DNA from: Candidatus Latescibacterota bacterium
GTDB lineage: Bacteria > Latescibacterota > UBA2968 > UBA8231
Length of the DNA stretch: 64,000 bases
Direction: 5' to 3'
Assembly (NCBI GenBank): GCA_965203355.1
Contig: OZ241889.1
Location: 2,976,001-3,040,000 of the forward strand
Shown here one piece after another: positions 59,669 to 64,000 of the stretch (positions are counted from its first letter, which is position 1; each line of letters begins with the position of its first letter). Position numbers and translations under genes: made by a program. The notes under the pieces were generated by a model. The model saw nothing but the letters and a program-made list of their open reading frames with translations, was not told where the DNA came from and did no database searches.

Positions 59669-59779
59669 GTCGCAGGGGAGTGAACCCCAAGGCGGCTACT
59701 GAGACACTGGCTACCGGCCACTGACCACCGGCCACTGACCACGCTTCAGGTTGTTGAACCCCAAGGCGGCTACTGAGAC
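59669..59779 (+). CRISPR. Orphan CRISPR-like mini-array (2 repeats, 1 spacer)
   Basis: 37-nt repeats at 59669-59705 and 59743-59779 (30/37 identical, last 25 nt identical, ending ACTGAGAC) around a 37-nt spacer; no cas genes in the window. Confidence 0.55.
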
Positions 59780-60714
59780 AGGGCTTCTAAGGCGGCTAAT
59801 TCCTCGGTCCCTAGCTCCACCTCCAAGGCCCCAAAGACCTCCTCCACGTGCTCGGGGCGATCTGGGCCGATAATCGGCGCGGTAACATGCTCGTTGGTCA
59901 ATATCCAAGCGACGGCAACTTGCGCCGGGGTCTTGTCCTGTGCCCGCCCGATCTCGGTCAGCTTCTGCACAATGCGCTCAGCTTGCTCACTCATGGCGGC
60001 GGCAAAGCGGTCGTCGTCCTGCCAAGCGCTATCGGTCGGCGGCTGTTGCCCGCGCCGAAAGCGACCGCTCAACAAGCCGACGGCCAGCGGACTATAGGTC
60101 ATCATGCCGAGGCCGTACTGCCGGCACAAAGGCAACAGCTCCGGCTCTACCTGCGATCGGTGCAATAGGTTGTACTGATTTTGCAAGGTAAATAGCGGGT
60201 CCAACCCTCCGCGATCGGCCACCCATAGTGCCTCTACCACTTGGGCGGCGGTAAAATTGCACCCCCCCACGTAGCGCACCTTGCCCTGCCGCACTAAATC
60301 GTCAAACGCCCGCAGCGTCTCGTCGAGTTCGGTGTCTGGATCCCAGTTGTGCAGCAAGTAGATATCCACGTAATCCGTGTTCAGGCGCTTCAGCGACCGC
60401 TCGATCTCGCGCATGATGGCAAAGCGCGACAAGCCGCGGTCGTTGGGCCCGTCCCCTATTGGGCTCCAGACTTTGGTGGTAATCACCAAATCGTCGCGCT
60501 TGCCTTTGATGGTCTTGCCCAACAGTTCCTCGCAGCGGCCCTGAAAGTAGTAGTTGGCGCAATCGAGGAAATTGCACCCCAGATCAAGGGCCGTCTCGAT
60601 CGCGCGCCTAGCGGTCGCCTCGTCTGTGTGCCCGTGCCAGTATCCCCGAAAGGCCGTGCCCAAGCACAGCCGCGAGACCTTGACTCCAGCCCGGCCCAAT
60701 CGCACGTAATCCAT
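59770..60714 (-). CDS. Aldo/keto reductase
   Basis: VSRLCLGT, LDCANYY, SLKRLNTDYVDIY, GKVRYVG, YSPLAVG. Confidence 0.93.
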   Translation of the reverse strand: MDYVRLGRAGVKVSRLCLGTAFRGYWHGHTDEATARRAIETALDLGCNFLDCANYYFQGRCEELLGKTIKGKRDDLVITTKVWSPIGDGPNDRGLSRFAIMREIERSLKRLNTDYVDIYLLHNWDPDTELDETLRAFDDLVRQGKVRYVGGCNFTAAQVVEALWVADRGGLDPLFTLQNQYNLLHRSQVEPELLPLCRQYGLGMMTYSPLAVGLLSGRFRRGQQPPTDSAWQDDDRFAAAMSEQAERIVQKLTEIGRAQDKTPAQVAVAWILTNEHVTAPIIGPDRPEHVEEVFGALEVELGTEELAALEALSQ

Positions 60715-60722
60715 GTTTTCTC

Positions 60723-62654
60723 CTAAGCTAACTTGGTGGGTAAATCGTATGTCGGCGCGTTTACATGCCTCGTCAAGCCAATTTCGAGGCGGATTTCAGT
60801 CCCCGGCGGCAAGGCCACTGTAAAGTGCGCGTCGTTTACGGCAACGCGCTGGGTCGCCTGCGCCACCGGCGGTGCCGCATAGCTTTCCACCGCGCCCGGG
60901 TACTCGCTCGCCAAGGTATTGTACGCGACCTCCTCAAACCGATGTTCCGCCAAGGTTCCGGCTTGCAGCAGCACGTTGCGGGCGTCTAGCGCACTGAGGT
61001 TCACCAAGTGGACCACGAGGCGATCCTGCTCCACGATCTCGACGAGCGCGGCCACATCCGCTGGGAGGCCCGGGCGTTTGCGCTCGGCGTCAAAATAGCG
61101 CAACGGAGCCATCAAGATGCCGCCATTGTACAGGAGCTGAGGTGCGCCCAAGGTTAGTTGGATGAGCGCCTCGGTGGTCACCGGGTTTAACTGCTGCCAC
61201 CAGTGGATGTGGTTGTCGCGCGGGTCGGTTTCGTCGCGGTGGATCAGGGCCATCCGCCGATAGACTTGCGAGAGTGCCGCTTGGAGAATCTGCACAGGAT
61301 AGTCGGGGTTTTCGCCTTTGAGATAGCAAAACCACGGCGGCTCGTGGTACGCGTCCTCTTTGTTGTGGAACGGCACGACCACGCGCCAGTCGTAGCGCTC
61401 TTTGGCGCGTAGCATTTCGAGCATTTCCCAATCGACCACGGCCCCGCTCGCGTTCCACAGTGCCGCCGGATACATGGCCGCCAGCGGCTGGAAGTCCGAC
61501 CACCCCTTGGCCCCATAGCAATAGGGCACCACAAAGCTTTCTTTGGCGTCGCCGAGGGCGGTCAACTGGCCGATCCAGTGCGCGCCCAAGCTCATCTCGA
61601 TTTGGCCCAAATCGGCCATCTTCCCCTGCTCTACAACCTTTCTAAGCTGAGTGCGGGGCAGTTCGAGATACTTTTCCTCGCCGGTCAACACATAGCCATG
61701 CGTCCCGGCCAAAATGGCCGCCATCGCGATGTTGTACAACCCGTGCGGCCACGTCCAGCCGTACATGCTTCCATACCAGCGGCCTTCCATGTATTCCCCA
61801 ACCTGCCCGCTCAGCCCCACGTTGTCGGGCAACAGGTCCCCATTGGCCGCGGCCCGTTCGAGCCACGCATCCACGTATTCGAGCAGCCAAGCGCGGTATT
61901 TGTCGTCGCCGGTCAAGTAGAAGGCGTTGGCGATCAGGGAAGTAACGTGCAGGTTGGCGGCGCAATCGCCCCGAGCCATGCGCTCCTTCATGGCCTGCCC
62001 CATGCGCCGCGCTTTGGCCGGGTCCTCGAGGTCGGCCGGCGTGTCAATCCCCTCTAAGTCCTCGTAGGGCAGCCCATAGCACGCCATGCCCGGACTGTAC
62101 CCATACGACGGCTCCTCGTCCTCTTCGTACAGCCAGCGCGGCCCTTTGCTGCCGTTGTGAGCGCACTTAATGATCTTGTGCTCTGGGTCGTAGTTGCGGG
62201 CCGCTGGATCTTCGTTGAGATAGAATCCGGCAAAGCGCCGCGCCCGCGCCCCATTCTCGGCGTGGGTCGGATCGGCCATGCACAGCAGGTAAAAGTAGAT
62301 GTAGCTCTCGCTCTGGTGGAACTGGTCGTAGCCGATCTCGTATTCCTTATCCACGTGGCCGTACTCGGCCATCAGCGCGGTAGTCGCTTCCCATTGCCGC
62401 TGCCCCAAGGCGAGCAAATGGTCGCCGCCGCCGAGCAAGTACAGCAACGGCCAGTTGTAGAAGCTTTCGTAGAAGTCGTCAGCCCCGTCGCGGGTGTGGC
62501 GCCGACCGTCGCGCCAGATCAAGCGGCCATCGGGATGGGTGTACTTTGCCAAGAATGGATGGACAGCGTCCTCCATCGTTTTGATTAGCTGGCGTTCGAG
62601 CACGGCCCAAGCCGGAGGCCGTACTAGTGGTACAGTGGCTTCAATCGCGAGCAT
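60723..62654 (-). CDS. Large conserved-looking hypothetical protein (Trp/Tyr-rich)
   Basis: 643-aa ORF; DDFYESFYNWPLLY, LPDNVGLSG, RPGLPADVAALV. Confidence 0.75.
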   Translation of the reverse strand: MLAIEATVPLVRPPAWAVLERQLIKTMEDAVHPFLAKYTHPDGRLIWRDGRRHTRDGADDFYESFYNWPLLYLLGGGDHLLALGQRQWEATTALMAEYGHVDKEYEIGYDQFHQSESYIYFYLLCMADPTHAENGARARRFAGFYLNEDPAARNYDPEHKIIKCAHNGSKGPRWLYEEDEEPSYGYSPGMACYGLPYEDLEGIDTPADLEDPAKARRMGQAMKERMARGDCAANLHVTSLIANAFYLTGDDKYRAWLLEYVDAWLERAAANGDLLPDNVGLSGQVGEYMEGRWYGSMYGWTWPHGLYNIAMAAILAGTHGYVLTGEEKYLELPRTQLRKVVEQGKMADLGQIEMSLGAHWIGQLTALGDAKESFVVPYCYGAKGWSDFQPLAAMYPAALWNASGAVVDWEMLEMLRAKERYDWRVVVPFHNKEDAYHEPPWFCYLKGENPDYPVQILQAALSQVYRRMALIHRDETDPRDNHIHWWQQLNPVTTEALIQLTLGAPQLLYNGGILMAPLRYFDAERKRPGLPADVAALVEIVEQDRLVVHLVNLSALDARNVLLQAGTLAEHRFEEVAYNTLASEYPGAVESYAAPPVAQATQRVAVNDAHFTVALPPGTEIRLEIGLTRHVNAPTYDLPTKLA

Positions 62655-62760
62655 GATTTTTCCGTGGAAATGGGCTACTGCTTGATGGCCTTAATAGTCC
62701 AAATCAGTGAGGCTAACACCAAGAGTAAGGTTCGACCGGGATGAAGCAGGATCGTGCAGC

Positions 62761-63147
62761 TTAGTAGAGCTTTTGCAAAAACTCGGTAAAGTCGCTTGCT
62801 ATTTTGGTTGTGTCGTTGCTCTCGTGATCCCAAAAAACCACCGCATCAATCTGTCTGTCTGCTATACTAAAGGCGATGAGGTTTCCAAAGGGATCGCGGG
62901 CGATGGGAATTAGCTTATCATCAGCAATGGCCTGAGCTGTAGTAATCGTTTCCTCGAGATCAACCATGTAATCAAGGACGCATTCCCGTTGCCGTTCTGT
63001 ATTAAAGCGCTCCAAGGTGGGTTTGCCTTGGTTGCATTGCACAAGGGTTTCCTTGTAATCCGCCGGCAAGCTGACGCCGAAATGATCCTCAATTTTAGCC
63101 AACTGCCCTTCGGAGACGGGTACGACGTATTTCCATTCTAAGCTCAT
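62761..63147 (-). CDS. SMI1/KNR4 (SUKH) immunity protein
   Basis: IEDHFGVSLPADYK..NQG, IPIARDPFGN, VFWDHE, IASDFTEFL; likely start ATG 63147. Confidence 0.9.
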   Translation of the reverse strand: MSLEWKYVVPVSEGQLAKIEDHFGVSLPADYKETLVQCNQGKPTLERFNTERQRECVLDYMVDLEETITTAQAIADDKLIPIARDPFGNLIAFSIADRQIDAVVFWDHESNDTTKIASDFTEFLQKLY

Positions 63148-63164
63148 AACACACCTTCTTTTGT

Positions 63165-63740
63165 CTAGCGGGCTGCGCGGCCACCACCCCAAATCGCACG
63201 GCCACCTATATGAAATACGCGGTCGTGTACGTTGGAATCGACCAGTTGCATGCGGCCCTCGTCTTGGTGGTGATGCCAAGTATATCCTTCGGGTTTATCT
63301 CCATTATCAATTTGCTCCCGTTGCCGCTCGGTGAATTGCTCTGGATCAACTGTACCATTTTTTAAGCCCTCTCGTAACTGCTCATTGCAGAACTTGCCCT
63401 GCTGATAATCGCTTTGTTGGTATAGATCTTCTGGGAGTTGGGTTTCATATGGGCAGTGTTCGGAGAAGTCGGGAAATTTCATAATTCTCGACTCGCCCTT
63501 TATTGTAACTTCTTGCTCCACAAAGGGAACACCAGAGGGGTGAATATCAAAGTGTTGCCGTAATGCATCGCGAAATGCTGGGTCTTGTAGCGCAGTCTCT
63601 ACATTCTGATCGACCACTTCCCAAGAGACTTCTTTCTCAATTGCTGACAGGGCCTCACTCAACTCTGTTGCTCCGCTCATCGAGGCTTCTGCTGTGGCTT
63701 CCGCAGCGGCTTCAGCAGCTATCGCAGTTTCAACAACCAT
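63165..63740 (-). CDS. WHH-type HNH nuclease toxin
   Basis: FPDFS, PEGYTWHHHQDEGRMQLV..VH..FHIGGRAIWGGG. Confidence 0.88.
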   Translation of the reverse strand: MVVETAIAAEAAAEATAEASMSGATELSEALSAIEKEVSWEVVDQNVETALQDPAFRDALRQHFDIHPSGVPFVEQEVTIKGESRIMKFPDFSEHCPYETQLPEDLYQQSDYQQGKFCNEQLREGLKNGTVDPEQFTERQREQIDNGDKPEGYTWHHHQDEGRMQLVDSNVHDRVFHIGGRAIWGGGRAAR

Positions 63741-64000
63741 TACATCACTCGCCCTCTAATATCGGTAAGAATATCTCGTTTGATCGCTCGATCTTCAATA
63801 AGCAGCATTTTGTCTACTATTTGTATTTGCTCAATGTTCGTTTTCTTGGCCCGATATTCATTAATGATCTGAGTCGGCAAAATCTCTTTTATACGCTCTC
63901 GACCACTACAACCCAACCACTCGTCAAACTCATCCATGAATCGCCCACGATCAAACCTATCGCGGTCAATCCACAAGCGTTCAACAGCCTTTAAGACATC
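63740..64000 (-). CDS. Hypothetical protein, 5'-partial, coupled to the toxin gene
   Basis: Frame is open to the window edge; TAATG stop/start overlap. Confidence 0.6.
   Translation of the reverse strand, partial: DVLKAVERLWIDRDRFDRGRFMDEFDEWLGCSGRERIKEILPTQIINEYRAKKTNIEQIQIVDKMLLIEDRAIKRDILTDIRGRVM

Noticed and set aside
3895-64000. Prophage or integrative element at the tRNA
   Set aside because: No integrase, transposase or phage genes, and no duplicated tRNA 3' end were seen.

Overview
This is a GC-rich bacterial chromosomal segment with about 60 genes. It opens with a housekeeping block (7TM-HD hydrolase, ybeY, CorC-like protein, initiator tRNA-fMet, lnt). Most of the rest is accessory catabolism: 5 Gfo/Idh/MocA oxidoreductases, 3 PhyH-type dioxygenases plus a 2OG-Fe(II)-like enzyme, sugar kinases, amidohydrolases, a TonB-dependent receptor, an SSS transporter, a YtrA-type GntR/ABC operon with a perfect operator, uxuA and a pabB-pabC fusion. 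This gene content, an ankyrin fusion and a C-terminal 'WGxxK' tail resemble Latescibacterota/Poribacteria-like, often sponge-associated, lineages (inference only). Signals the ORF track does not explain: (1) an orphan CRISPR-like repeat-spacer-repeat unit (37/37/37 nt, 59669-59779) whose spacer is a heptamer tandem repeat and whose second repeat supplies an aldo-keto reductase stop codon; (2) a candidate defence cassette of a membrane-anchored 11-aa-repeat coiled coil, an ABC/AAA ATPase and a PD-(D/E)xK-like protein (47156-49834); (3) many collapsed toxin-antitoxin and other gene remnants in intergenic gaps; (4) a PQQ-dehydrogenase-ankyrin fusion; (5) a WHH nuclease/SMI1 immunity pair at the right edge. 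All family calls come from motifs recognised by eye. No database searches were run.
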